Shown here in pieces: positions 17,528 through 27,530 of a DNA stretch of 64,000 bases. Source of the stretch: Nitrospira sp. (GTDB lineage: Bacteria > Nitrospirota > Nitrospiria > Nitrospirales > Nitrospiraceae); NCBI GenBank assembly GCA_047150005.1, contig AP038806.1:2176001-2240000 (forward strand), given 5' to 3'. Numbering within the stretch: the stretch's first letter is position 1; the number at the start of each line of letters is the position of its first letter. A program made the position numbers and the translations under genes. Below the pieces are notes generated by a model. It worked only from the letters and a program-made list of their open reading frames with translations. It made no database searches and was not told the origin of the DNA.

Positions 17528-18460
17528 ATGCCTGGCGATTGGCAGATACTCTCAGAGGTCCCGGTGGTAGCTGCTCGTCCCGGTCAGTCGACTCCGCTCA
17601 AGTCTCTTGGGCTTTCGTGGGAATCACTCCCGTTCATCGCGATCCATCTGCTCTGCCTCGCCGCAATCCTGACGGGTGTACGATGGGAATGGGTCCTCCT
17701 GGCCGTGGGGAGTTACTACGTGAGGATGATCGGCGTCACGGCGGGGTACCATCGCTATTTCTCGCACCGCTCGTTTAAAACCAGCCGGGTGTTTCAATTT
17801 CTGTTGGCGTTTTGGGCCATGACGTCGGCCCAGAAGGGCGTGTTGTGGTGGGCTGCCCATCACCGCCATCACCACAAATATTCGGATCGGGAGGAGGATT
17901 TCCATTCTCCCTTGCAACGGGGATTCTGGTATTCGCACATCGGCTGGATCCTCTCGGATGATCATGTCAAGGCTGATTTGAGCCTGGTGAAGGACCTCAG
18001 TCGTTATCCTGAAATTCAATTCCTCGATCGGTTTTATTTTCTTCCTCCGGTCGTGTATGGCGGCCTGCTTTGCCTGCTCTGGGGATTTCCGGGGCTGGTC
18101 TGGGGCTTCTTCGTCTCTACGACGGCTCTTTACCATTGCACGTTCTTCATCAACTCACTGACCCATCTGTTCGGGACCGTTCGCTACCGATCCGGCGACG
18201 GGAGCAGAAACAGTTTCATCCTCGCCCTTCTCTGTTGTGGAGAAGGCTGGCACAACAACCACCACCATTATCAGAGCGCGGCCAACCAGGGCTGGTTCTG
18301 GTGGGAGGTGGATCTGTCTTACTACGTCCTGGTCGCACTGTCGTGGGTTGGGCTTGTGTGGGATATCCGCACGCCGCCCCCGCAGGTCAAAGCCGCGACC
18401 ATCGCCACCGAGCTGTCCTTCCGATCGGACGGCCCCCAGGCACCGGCCGCCCTCCGGTAG
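17528..18460 (+). CDS. Membrane fatty acid desaturase (delta-9-like family)
   Basis: His boxes GYHRYFSH, HRHHH, GEGWHNNHH; start uncertain (17456-17528). Confidence 0.9.
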   Translation: MPGDWQILSEVPVVAARPGQSTPLKSLGLSWESLPFIAIHLLCLAAILTGVRWEWVLLAVGSYYVRMIGVTAGYHRYFSHRSFKTSRVFQFLLAFWAMTSAQKGVLWWAAHHRHHHKYSDREEDFHSPLQRGFWYSHIGWILSDDHVKADLSLVKDLSRYPEIQFLDRFYFLPPVVYGGLLCLLWGFPGLVWGFFVSTTALYHCTFFINSLTHLFGTVRYRSGDGSRNSFILALLCCGEGWHNNHHHYQSAANQGWFWWEVDLSYYVLVALSWVGLVWDIRTPPPQVKAATIATELSFRSDGPQAPAALR

Positions 18461-18503
18461 GGTTGTCATGGCGGGTGCTGTCGGCCATTCTGAACGGCGG
18501 ATC

Positions 18504-19613
18504 ATGAGTCAGAAATCCACGATCGAGAGTTTGCTTGAGAAAGCCCGTATCCGGATCGACGGACCGGAGCCGGGCGACATCCTCGTCCGCGACGACCGCT
18601 TTTACGCCCGCGTCTTGGCGGAGGGTTCGCTTGGATTGGGTGAATCCTACATGGACGGCTGGTGGGACGCGCGGCGCTTGGACGAATTCTTCTCCAGGTT
18701 TCACGACGTGCCGCTGGACCACGCCGTCGTCGACAAGTACCTGATCATGAACGCCCTGAAGGCGCGGCTGTTCAACATGCAGAACAGGCGGCTATCGAGG
18801 CGCGTTGCCCAGCAGCATTACGATCTGGACAGTGCGTTTTATGAGAAGATGCTCGGTCCGTACATGCAGTACACCTGCGCCTATTGGAAGCGGGCCAAGG
18901 ATCTGGAGACGGCGCAGAAGCATAAGCTGGATCTCATCTGCAGAAAGCTGCACCTTCAGAAGGGGGATCGGGTGCTCGAACTCGGTTGCGGATGGGGCGG
19001 CTTTGCCCGCTATGCCTCCACCCACTACGGATGCCACGTGACGGCCTATAACATTTCGGAGCAACAAGTCAGTTACGCGCGTAAATGGTGCGAGGATCTC
19101 ACCGTCGAGGTGATTCATGGCGACTACCGGGAAGCGGTCGGCGAATTCGACAAGGTCGCGGCGATCGGCTTGTGCGAACACGTCGGATTCAAAAATTACC
19201 GGACACTCATGGAGACGGTCCATCGGACGCTGAAGCGTCGGGGCCTGTTTCTGCTCCATACGATCGGGAACAACGCTTCGGTCTCGACGGCCGATCCCTG
19301 GTTCGACAAATACATTTTCCCCGGCGGCATGCTCCCGTCCGTTGCGCAGCTCAGCGCGGCGATGGACGGGCTTCTGGTGCTGGAAGACTGGCACAATTTC
19401 GGGCCCGATTACGACCGCACACTCGTGGCCTGGCAGGAGAATGTGGACCGGCATTGGGAGGAGCTCAAGGCCAAATTCGACGAACGGTTCCGCCGGATGT
19501 GGCGCTATTACCTCTTGTCGCTGGCCGGGGCCTTCCGCGCCCGCCGCATTCACCTGTGGCAGGTCGTGCTCTCCAAGCACGGTGTGTTGGGCGGCTACGA
19601 ACCCGTACGATAG
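18504..19613 (+). CDS. Cfa-family SAM-dependent fatty-acyl methyltransferase
   Basis: LGLGESYMDGWW, HYDL, MQYTCAYW, VLELGCGWGG, EHVG, KYIFPGG. Confidence 0.9.
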   Translation: MSQKSTIESLLEKARIRIDGPEPGDILVRDDRFYARVLAEGSLGLGESYMDGWWDARRLDEFFSRFHDVPLDHAVVDKYLIMNALKARLFNMQNRRLSRRVAQQHYDLDSAFYEKMLGPYMQYTCAYWKRAKDLETAQKHKLDLICRKLHLQKGDRVLELGCGWGGFARYASTHYGCHVTAYNISEQQVSYARKWCEDLTVEVIHGDYREAVGEFDKVAAIGLCEHVGFKNYRTLMETVHRTLKRRGLFLLHTIGNNASVSTADPWFDKYIFPGGMLPSVAQLSAAMDGLLVLEDWHNFGPDYDRTLVAWQENVDRHWEELKAKFDERFRRMWRYYLLSLAGAFRARRIHLWQVVLSKHGVLGGYEPVR

Positions 19614-19617
19614 GCGC

Positions 19618-20958
19618 ATGATTCCTTTTGACGCGTATGCGGAGAAGCGGGCGCGCGCCGCCGCCAGCATGCAGGCCCTGGGCTCCGGGGGACTGACGCT
19701 GGAGAAATCCACGTCCAATCTCTTTCGGCATCGCACCGGATCGACGGGACACCGGCTCGACTTGCGGGAGTTCCGACATGTCATCCGGATCGATGAGCAG
19801 AGCCGGACGGCGGACGTGGAAGCCTTGACGACCTACGAGGAACTCGTCCGGGAAACCTTGCCGTTCCAATTGATGCCGGCGGTGGTGCCGCAGCTCAAGT
19901 CCATCACGGTCGGCGGCGCGGTCGCCGGGATCGGCATCGAATCCTCATCCTTCCGGCACGGGTTCGTCCACGAGACCATGCATGAGCTGGATATCCTGCT
20001 CGCCGAAGGGCGCGTCGTCACGGCGACCCCCGACAACGACCATCGCGAGATCTTCTTCGGATTTCCGAATTCCTACGGCACGCTGGGCTATGCGCTGCGC
20101 GCCGTCATCGAGCTGATTCCGATCAAACCCTTCGTGCGGCTCACGCACCGCCGCTTTACGGATCCGGACCGATACTTTGAGGCCATGTCGGAGGCCTGCC
20201 GTTCGGGCGACGCCGATTTCGTGGACGGCACGATGTTCAACGCGCAGACGTTCTATCTGACGACGGGAGTCTTCGTGGATCGGGCCGAATGGCTGAGCGA
20301 TTACACGTATCTGCGGATGTACTATCGCTCCGTGACGGAGAAGGCGACGGATTACCTGATCGCGCATGACTATCTCTGGCGTTGGGACACGGATTGGTTC
20401 TGGTGCTCCAAACATTTCTTGCTGCAGTATCCGATCATGCGGCGGCTGTGGGGCAAAGAACGGCTCAATTCGAAGGTGTACTGGAGACTGTGGAAGCGGG
20501 CTCACGCCTCGCGGGTTGCACAACTGGCGTTGAAGATGATCGGAGGCCGGCAGGAGGCCGTCATTCAAGACGTGGAGATCCCGATCGAACAGGCGCCTCG
20601 CTTTGCGCGGTTCTTCAACGAGCGCATCGGCATCACGCCCGTTTGGCTGTGTCCGGTCGCGGCGCACGATCCGTCCCGCTCGTACACCTTGTATCCCATG
20701 GAACCGCGCACGGTCTACGTCAATTTCGGTTTCTGGGATACGGTGAAGAGCCGCCACGGCGACGGGCATTTCAACAAGCTGGTCGAGGCCGCGGTTCGCG
20801 ACCTCCACGGCCACAAGTCGCTGTACTCGACCTCGTATTATTCTCGAGAAGAGTTCGATCGGCTGTACAACGGCGAGGCCTATCGCCGTCTCAAGGGCCG
20901 GTACGATCCGGGGAACCGGTTGAAAAGCCTCTATGAGAAATGTGTGCTCAAGCTCTGA
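19618..20958 (+). CDS. FAD-binding oxidoreductase (BfaA/TmsA- or DHCR24-like)
   Basis: KSTSNLFR, MPAVVPQLKSITVGGAVAGIGIESSSFRHG, FPNSYGTLGY, WRWDTDWFWCS, HKSLYS. Confidence 0.85.
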   Translation: MIPFDAYAEKRARAAASMQALGSGGLTLEKSTSNLFRHRTGSTGHRLDLREFRHVIRIDEQSRTADVEALTTYEELVRETLPFQLMPAVVPQLKSITVGGAVAGIGIESSSFRHGFVHETMHELDILLAEGRVVTATPDNDHREIFFGFPNSYGTLGYALRAVIELIPIKPFVRLTHRRFTDPDRYFEAMSEACRSGDADFVDGTMFNAQTFYLTTGVFVDRAEWLSDYTYLRMYYRSVTEKATDYLIAHDYLWRWDTDWFWCSKHFLLQYPIMRRLWGKERLNSKVYWRLWKRAHASRVAQLALKMIGGRQEAVIQDVEIPIEQAPRFARFFNERIGITPVWLCPVAAHDPSRSYTLYPMEPRTVYVNFGFWDTVKSRHGDGHFNKLVEAAVRDLHGHKSLYSTSYYSREEFDRLYNGEAYRRLKGRYDPGNRLKSLYEKCVLKL

Positions 20959-21020
20959 CGAGACGGCCGGTTCCGTAGCCGCTTGTCATTCGGCCGACCG
21001 CTTGGCTATACTCCTCCGTT

Positions 21021-21305
21021 ATGAGTATCAGAAAAGCCGGCGGTGATTGGGAGCCGATGCTGCTGCCGATCGAGCCGCGACAGTGTAAAGTGTGCCGGCA
21101 GGGACTCTATCGCGACAAAACGATGCTCCGTGGCGGCTGGTCCCGCTGCAGCGTCTGCGACGAGTTCGTTCACTATAGCTGCCTGGCCAGCGGTAGGGTG
21201 TCGTTCCTCAAGGCCCGACCTCGTATCTGCAAGACCTGCCGCGCTGCAGAAAGAGCCGCTTCCGCCACCCCGACGGTGGATCATCCGACAGCCGTGGGCT
21301 CGTGA
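21021..21305 (+). CDS. Small C4HC3 zinc-finger protein
   Basis: CKVC-x17-CSVC-x4-H-x2-C-x15-CKTC. Confidence 0.7.
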   Translation: MSIRKAGGDWEPMLLPIEPRQCKVCRQGLYRDKTMLRGGWSRCSVCDEFVHYSCLASGRVSFLKARPRICKTCRAAERAASATPTVDHPTAVGS

Positions 21306-21634
21306 CCGATCCCGACCCAGGCCGGTCCTCCGATGACACGACGTGGCAGCAGGTTCTGGCGCAGAGCGTGCGCTATGTGTTGGCCCCGCTGATTCTCCTG
21401 TCCAGCGGCTTCTTTACGGCGAATTTCCTCATCAGCGGCCAGTACACGTGGCCGAGAACGAGTCGGGCTGCGGCCTTGACGCTGACGTTGCTCGTTCTGT
21501 GCTATGAATTTGTCTATAAGGAACATCGAGCGAAAACCGGATCGCACGAGCGGGCGCGCGCCGTCCTGCTGTATGCCTGCGTGATTCCCTACATGGTGGG
21601 CGCCATGATCATGGTGGCGCTGTGGAAGTTGTAA
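21302..21634 (+). CDS. Hypothetical 3-TM membrane protein
   Basis: Three hydrophobic segments; GTGA overlap with the upstream gene. Confidence 0.65.
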   Translation: MTDPDPGRSSDDTTWQQVLAQSVRYVLAPLILLSSGFFTANFLISGQYTWPRTSRAAALTLTLLVLCYEFVYKEHRAKTGSHERARAVLLYACVIPYMVGAMIMVALWKL

Positions 21635-21702
21635 ACGGCTCGTAACAGAGCCGACGGGCTTGCCACAATCGGCGCCAGGCCTGCGCGGCTGAAAGAGAGT
21701 CC

Positions 21703-22077
21703 ATGGCCCAAGTGTTTCGCAGCGGGGCGTTTCTTCAGCAATGCTGGTCGGTGCATCCGCTTTGCATCGCGGTCAAACGGATGGCGGACAACCGCACGCT
21801 CATTCTCAGCTGCAGTTCCTGCCGGTCCGTTCATCACCTGGCGCTGGGGTTGGTCACGGTACGGGCTTCGGTGGTGCCGGCCGATCCGCAGGACTCCGAA
21901 AGGGCGGATGATGCCGATGAAGGTGGGGCTCGGCTCACGGAATGTCTCCAGGCGCACGCGGTGGCCCTGTCGCTCCGGGACATGGATGTGTTCAGGGATC
22001 AGGCGCTGATCCGTTGCGCGGAATGCCGGCGACATTATGCCTTGGCGGTGACGGCCTTTGAGACGCATCAAAAGTGA
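21703..22077 (+). CDS. Hypothetical protein with two Cys/His repeats
   Basis: C-x3-H...C-x2-C occurs twice. Confidence 0.7.
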   Translation: MAQVFRSGAFLQQCWSVHPLCIAVKRMADNRTLILSCSSCRSVHHLALGLVTVRASVVPADPQDSERADDADEGGARLTECLQAHAVALSLRDMDVFRDQALIRCAECRRHYALAVTAFETHQK

Positions 22078-22133
22078 TGGGGCGTGGTAGGGGAAGCCTC
22101 CGTGGCCTTGTTCGACGTTCGGCGCAGTCTCCT

Positions 22134-22745
22134 ATGAACGGTTTCACCGACGAGGAAACCGCCCTGCTCACGGACGGCGAGTTCTTTCGCAAGAAACAGC
22201 GGATCTCCGCGAAGATTCGAGCGATGTTGGAGGCCACTCACCTCGCCCTCAACGACGAGCTGACCCGCGCGCGGCTGCTGGCCCCTTCCGAGTTCGACCT
22301 GTCGCATCACCAGTTCGTAAAGGGCGAACATTTAGAATCCTGCCCGTATCAGTACCTCGATTGCCCCAAGCACTTTCAGGGGCCCGACAAGTACACATTC
22401 CGAACGCTCTTCTGGTGGGGCCACCATGTGGTCTTTGCCTGGATTCTGGAGGGTGCGCTCGTCAAGCAATACAAGAAGAATCTGGTCGACCGATTCCATT
22501 CCGTCGCAGGCCGGCACCTGGAATTGTCCACGGCTCCGACCCTTTGGGAATGGAAATGCGGGGAGGGGTATACGGTTCCTCTCACCCATGACCGCAAGGC
22601 GACGACGGCCGCCGTTCTGGCTGAACGGGGATTTCTCAAAATCGGGCGGTATGTCTCCCTCGGTGATGCCCGGGTCCGGCAGGGGGACCTGGCCTCGCTC
22701 GCCCGGGAGGCGTTTGCCGCCCTGAACCCCATTGTCTCCTCTTGA
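22134..22745 (+). CDS. Hypothetical protein
   Basis: KGEHLESCPYQYLDCPKHF...FRTLFWWGH; fills the gap in a co-directional run. Confidence 0.65.
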   Translation: MNGFTDEETALLTDGEFFRKKQRISAKIRAMLEATHLALNDELTRARLLAPSEFDLSHHQFVKGEHLESCPYQYLDCPKHFQGPDKYTFRTLFWWGHHVVFAWILEGALVKQYKKNLVDRFHSVAGRHLELSTAPTLWEWKCGEGYTVPLTHDRKATTAAVLAERGFLKIGRYVSLGDARVRQGDLASLAREAFAALNPIVSS

Positions 22746-22842
22746 AATTTCCCTGTTTGTGAAGGCATAGGGATTTCGGTAGACTAGCGCCGTTCTTTCT
22801 CACGGACTCAATCATGCGGTTGTTGATGACCAAGGAGGTCAA

Positions 22843-23490
22843 ATGGATACGGTGTTGATGCGTGCTGGGGCGGTGATGGTGTTGCTGGTAGGCGGGCTGA
22901 TCGGGTCCGGTTGCGGGGGAAGCGGCAAGACCGTGCATTTGGACGTCGTTCCCAAACCGATGGCGGCGCAGATGGCGGAGCCTGAGGCCGTCAAGATCGT
23001 GGTCATCCCGTTCGAAGACCGGCGTATGGAGAAGAACCGCGTCGGTATGCGGACGCATCTCTGGGGCGGGGTCACCTACTTCAACGTGAAGGGCGACAAG
23101 CCGGGCGACGCCTATGCGCAGGCGCTGGCCGAACGGTTGCGGGCCAGAGGATGGCACGACCGGTCATGGGATGTCCGTGTGTTGCCTGCCGCCCCGGAGA
23201 ACGGAGCGGACATCGTGATCACCGGGCAGATCGTGGACTTGTCCGCCAACGCCAAGAGCCGGATGTTTTCGACGGCACTCACGTCCGGCAGCAAGGTGAC
23301 GATTTCCGCGAACAACAACGGGGACAAAACCACCACCAATCGAACCATCGAGGGCGCGCAGACCGACACCGTCTTTTGGTTCACCGACAGCGACGTGCAG
23401 AAACTGCTCACCGCGACCATCAAGGACACGATTGATCGGTACGTCGAGGATACGACGATTTCACAGCGCACACTCCGTCCCAGCCGATAG
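22843..23490 (+). CDS. Lipoprotein of unknown function (YajG-like features)
   Basis: RBS AAGGAGG, lipobox IGSGC, VIPFEDRR. Confidence 0.7.
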   Translation: MDTVLMRAGAVMVLLVGGLIGSGCGGSGKTVHLDVVPKPMAAQMAEPEAVKIVVIPFEDRRMEKNRVGMRTHLWGGVTYFNVKGDKPGDAYAQALAERLRARGWHDRSWDVRVLPAAPENGADIVITGQIVDLSANAKSRMFSTALTSGSKVTISANNNGDKTTTNRTIEGAQTDTVFWFTDSDVQKLLTATIKDTIDRYVEDTTISQRTLRPSR

Positions 23491-23516
23491 GAGAGCGATG
23501 ACAGAGGAGGAGGCCA

Positions 23517-24578
23517 GTGCGGGAACGTCGGTGGGAAACGACCGCGCCACTGTCGTTCGGACAGGTGTTGGCCGTGGGCGAACGGCTGGCCTCGCTGGGG
23601 CTGAAACCGGCGGTCGCGGCCAAGGACATCATCTGCTATGTCGAGGATTGGACGGTCGAGGCGGCCGAGGATTTCGACGGCCTCGATGCCTGGGCCACGG
23701 AAGACGTCACCCTGGTTCATGTGCGAAGCGGCTGGCGGGGGGATTTTTTCCTGCTGGCGGGGGCCTATCACACGGTCTACGAACGCCATCAAAACGTCGG
23801 CACCTACTGTTCCATCAGCCATCCTTGGCGGAATCGCGAACCGCTGGTCCATCACGAAAGCCGCAGTATGCTCTGGCTGGGCTTTCGCCATGCGCATTCG
23901 TTTGTGCGTGTGCGACTCCAAACCAAGGAGGTCATCAGCCCCGGTGAGACCAGGGGCGACGACCAGCGGGAACAATGGCTGGAAGAACGCCGGGCCGCGT
24001 TTCTTGAGGCCATTACCGCGCTCGAGGTGGCGGTTGAAACGGCGATTGAGAAGCAGCAGGTCGTCCTGCGACCGGCCGATCCGCAGGTGCCGTTTTTCTG
24101 CTCCTGGCCCGATGCCTTCGGCCCCTGTCAGTTCGAATACAACACCACGGATGCGTACGAGTTTTTGGTCCCGGCCAGCCGGTTGGCCGCGACCTTCGCA
24201 CCGGAGCCTGCCGGCGTGCGGGCGTATCTGACCGGCTTTTCCGAAGGGGCGCTCGGCGAATTTGCGGCGATCGAGCCCCAAGCCCGCCTGGCCTACCGGT
24301 GCTCGGTGCATTGTCCCTTGGACGACCTGCCGGAAATCCGGAGTGTGATCGAGCCGGAGGGACGTCTCTATGCCACGCTTTGCGAATTTCAAACCCAGGA
24401 CTTGATTCCGGAACGAGACGACGCATCGGCCATCGTGGGAGTCATGGGAACCGGCGCAGGTTTCCACTTGGAGGTTCGCCTGAATCGAGCTCCACTCCCC
24501 GAGCAGCAGATGGCTGGGTGGTTGGAGCGCCTACTCGGATATCCGGTGGTGTATGCGCCGCTCCCCGCATTCATCTGA
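23517..24578 (+). CDS. Hypothetical protein
   Basis: 353-aa ORF with strong RBS GGAGGAGG. Confidence 0.7.
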   Translation: MRERRWETTAPLSFGQVLAVGERLASLGLKPAVAAKDIICYVEDWTVEAAEDFDGLDAWATEDVTLVHVRSGWRGDFFLLAGAYHTVYERHQNVGTYCSISHPWRNREPLVHHESRSMLWLGFRHAHSFVRVRLQTKEVISPGETRGDDQREQWLEERRAAFLEAITALEVAVETAIEKQQVVLRPADPQVPFFCSWPDAFGPCQFEYNTTDAYEFLVPASRLAATFAPEPAGVRAYLTGFSEGALGEFAAIEPQARLAYRCSVHCPLDDLPEIRSVIEPEGRLYATLCEFQTQDLIPERDDASAIVGVMGTGAGFHLEVRLNRAPLPEQQMAGWLERLLGYPVVYAPLPAFI

Positions 24579-24744
24579 CAGAATGTTGAAAAAGCCATCG
24601 TCTCACCCTCCCACCCCGGCACGCCGGACGCGCCTTTCACCAACCGTCGTTCTCGCATCGTTCAAACCCTCGACGTACCAGAAACCGTACGCCTCAGGTT
24701 TTCGCTCGCTGCGGCCTTGGCGGTGGGCTTTGTGAACATGCTGT
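24578..24744. mobile_element. MITE-like element with terminal inverted repeats
   Basis: CAGAATGTTGAAAAAGCC versus reverse complement of right end CAGCATGTTCACAAAGCC (15/18); intergenic, about 167 bp. Confidence 0.6.
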
Positions 24745-24818
24745 ACGAAAATCTCAAACGCGAGTCGCAAATAGTATTTTTTATTGATCAATGACGGCTG
24801 ATTTCGCACAGTGGGTGC

Positions 24819-25928
24819 ATGAGCCCGCTCGGGAAGGTGCAATCGATTCTCGCCAAGCCATTCATGCCGGCTGTGTGTTTTCTCTCCGGTGTGACCTATG
24901 ACACGCTGACCCTGACGCGCATCGATCGGCTGCAGGATAACTTATTGCTGCTGCTCTACATTCTGTTGCTCGGCGCTCTGATCGTGCTGACCGGCCGGTT
25001 GGGGATCCAGCCACCCCCGAACCGCGAGCAGTTGGCGTCATTCCCGCCGTTCATCCGATGGATGCTCCGCAGCCGGCCCTACTATCCGATGGCCAGCCAA
25101 TTTTTGCTCGGGGGGCTCTTCAGCGCCTATGCGGTCTTCTATTCACGCAGCGCGTCTCTGACCAGCACCGCCGTGTTTTTCGGCTTGCTGATCCTGCTGT
25201 TGGTCGGCAACGAGTTTCTGCGCGACCGGCTCTCGAATTTGCGGCTGACCGTCAGCCTCTATGCGCTCGTGTGCTTTTCGTTCTTCACCTTTTTCCTGCC
25301 GGTCATGACCGGCTTGATGAACGCGGCGATGTTTCTGCTCGGCGCGGTATTGAGCGGCCTGGTCACCTTGCGGGTCGTGGAACTGATCTATCGGAACAAC
25401 CCCGACCGCTCGCGACGTGAGGCGGTCGGGGTCACGGCGCCTGCGCTGGCGCTGATCACCCTGCTGGTCTCGTTCTACTTTCTCAACTGGATCCCGCCGG
25501 TGCCGCTGTCGCTGAAGTTCGGGGGCATCTATCACGAGGTGAAGAAGAACGATGACCGGTTTGAGTTGTCCTACGTCAAGAAGTGGTACGAAGTGTGGAA
25601 GCGATCGGACACCGTCTTTCCGGCGGACGAGCCGGTGTATTGCTTCACGGCGGTGTTCGCGCCGGTGGCGCTCAATACGACGGTGTATCACCACTGGTAT
25701 GTCAGATCCCACCGCGACAGACCGTTCGCCCACGCCGATCGCATTCCGGTCAGGATTTCCGGAGGGCGGGAAGGAGGATACCGGGCGTACACGTTCAAGC
25801 AACGCCTCGACCCCGGGGAGTGGCGTGTCGACGTGGAATCAGAAGACGGCCGTATCATCGGGCGGATGTCGGTGACTGTCGAGAATCAAGATGAAACGCG
25901 ACCGACGATGACCACTCTGTGGTACTGA
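24819..25928 (+). CDS. Multi-TM membrane protein with C-terminal DUF2914 domain
   Basis: WIPPVPLSLK, VYCFTAVFAP, GGREGGYRAYT, GEWRVDVE. Confidence 0.8.
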   Translation: MSPLGKVQSILAKPFMPAVCFLSGVTYDTLTLTRIDRLQDNLLLLLYILLLGALIVLTGRLGIQPPPNREQLASFPPFIRWMLRSRPYYPMASQFLLGGLFSAYAVFYSRSASLTSTAVFFGLLILLLVGNEFLRDRLSNLRLTVSLYALVCFSFFTFFLPVMTGLMNAAMFLLGAVLSGLVTLRVVELIYRNNPDRSRREAVGVTAPALALITLLVSFYFLNWIPPVPLSLKFGGIYHEVKKNDDRFELSYVKKWYEVWKRSDTVFPADEPVYCFTAVFAPVALNTTVYHHWYVRSHRDRPFAHADRIPVRISGGREGGYRAYTFKQRLDPGEWRVDVESEDGRIIGRMSVTVENQDETRPTMTTLWY

Positions 25929-25971
25929 ACTGCGTCACGCACCCCGTTGCGACAGACTGCTCAAGCGTGTA

Positions 25972-26346
25972 GTGTCCTGTCTGATGAGTCAACGAGCTCT
26001 GCCTCCGTGCCCGTCCAGTCCCAACTGTGTATCGACGCTGGCCGAGGATGAAAGGCACGCCATCGCCCCGTTTCGCTATACGAAATCCCGAGCCGAGGCC
26101 AAGAAAGCGCTGAAGACGACTCTGGGGACTCTGCCTCGCTCCAAGCTGGTTGAAGAAGACGAGGCCTACCTCCACTATGAATTCACCAGCCTGATTTTTC
26201 GCTTCGTCGATGATGTGGAGTTTCTCTTCGACGACCAGCGTCGCGTGATCCACTTCCGCTCCGCCTCCCGCGTCGGCTACGGTGATTTCGGGGTCAACCG
26301 TCGGCGGATGGAGCAGATCCGTGGCTTGATCGACGGAAAAGTGTAG
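25972..26346 (+). CDS. DUF1499 domain protein
   Basis: PCPSSPNCVST, FRFVDDVEF, RSASRVGYGDFGVNRRR. Confidence 0.88.
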   Translation: MSCLMSQRALPPCPSSPNCVSTLAEDERHAIAPFRYTKSRAEAKKALKTTLGTLPRSKLVEEDEAYLHYEFTSLIFRFVDDVEFLFDDQRRVIHFRSASRVGYGDFGVNRRRMEQIRGLIDGKV

Positions 26347-26441
26347 ACCTCGTGCAATCTGCCGTCTGGGTATCGAACCACCATCGGATAGCTGTGGTAC
26401 GGTATTCCGGAGTAGGCCTGTGGTGGGTGGCGGGAACAGGG

Positions 26442-27149
26442 ATGACGACGACCTATCAGGCGGAAGTCGGTCGAATTCGGGATTTGACGCACGACGTTCG
26501 CGAACTGGAATTGGCCTTGCGAGAACCGCCGCGCCTCTCCTTCAAGGCGGGGCAATTCATTTCGTTCGACGTGCCAAAGCACGGCCTGTCTCATTCTGTG
26601 GTCCGTCCCTATTCCATCGCTTCTCCGCCGTCGATCGACGATCGAGTGACCTTGGTCTTCAATTTGGTGGAGGGAGGTCCGGGTTCGCAGTACCTCTATG
26701 GTCTTCGGACCGGTGATGCCGTCCGGTTCAAAGGGCCTGCCGGTTCGTTCTATCTGCGGGAAAATGTAAGCCGGCACATGCTCTGCGTCGCCACAGGGAC
26801 GGGAATCGCCCCTCTCCTGTCCATGATCGCTACGGAATTAGAAGGGCAGAGTCTGCAACCCGTCACCCTCTTCTGGGGATTGCGATACGAGCGCGATCTC
26901 TATTACCGGAACGAGCTGGAGGCGCTGGCGTTCCGCTTCCCGAGGTTTTCGTTCGTTACCTGCCTCTCGCAGCCTGGGCCGGGCTGGACGGGGGTCAGGG
27001 GCCGAGTCACGGAGCTGGTCCAGGAACGAGTGAGTTCGGCGCGCGACCTCGCCGCGTATCTGTGCGGCAACGGCGCGATGATCAAAGACGTGACGGCCCT
27101 GCTTCAGGCGAAAGGACTGTGCCCGATCTACCGGGAGAAGTACTACTAG
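26442..27149 (+). CDS. FNR-like FAD/NAD(P)-binding oxidoreductase
   Basis: FKAGQF, RPYSIAS, GPGS, ATGTGIAP, YLCG. Confidence 0.88.
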   Translation: MTTTYQAEVGRIRDLTHDVRELELALREPPRLSFKAGQFISFDVPKHGLSHSVVRPYSIASPPSIDDRVTLVFNLVEGGPGSQYLYGLRTGDAVRFKGPAGSFYLRENVSRHMLCVATGTGIAPLLSMIATELEGQSLQPVTLFWGLRYERDLYYRNELEALAFRFPRFSFVTCLSQPGPGWTGVRGRVTELVQERVSSARDLAAYLCGNGAMIKDVTALLQAKGLCPIYREKYY

Positions 27150-27158
27150 CGCCACAGA

Positions 27159-27359
27159 CTAATGCTTTGCCTGTGTCTGCGGTTTCGGTCCCAACCGGGT
27201 GGTGTGCTGGAAGATGCACTTCGGACAGGTGTAGTGGACGAATTGCCCGCCTCCCACCACGCGTTTCTTCATGGCAATCTTGCACCAGGTGCACAGGCGA
27301 TCGGGAAGTTCGGAAAGGACCGGGGTCCTTCCGGACGGGGGCGGGGTTGCGTTCGACAT
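27159..27359 (-). CDS. Small zinc-ribbon protein
   Basis: CTWC...YTCPKC. Confidence 0.55.
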   Translation of the reverse strand: MSNATPPPSGRTPVLSELPDRLCTWCKIAMKKRVVGGGQFVHYTCPKCIFQHTTRLGPKPQTQAKH

Positions 27360-27530
27360 GCGGAACATTGTCTCCGAGCGCCGAGAACCTTGTCAACCGA
27401 TCGCTGCGATCGAGCAGGAGACGGGAGAGAACTTTTTTTTCCCGCCTGGCTCTGCATCCGAACGAATCATGCTATAGTGCAGGCACCCGAACGGTTTTCC
27501 CACCCACATCACAGAAAGGCGGATCATCCC

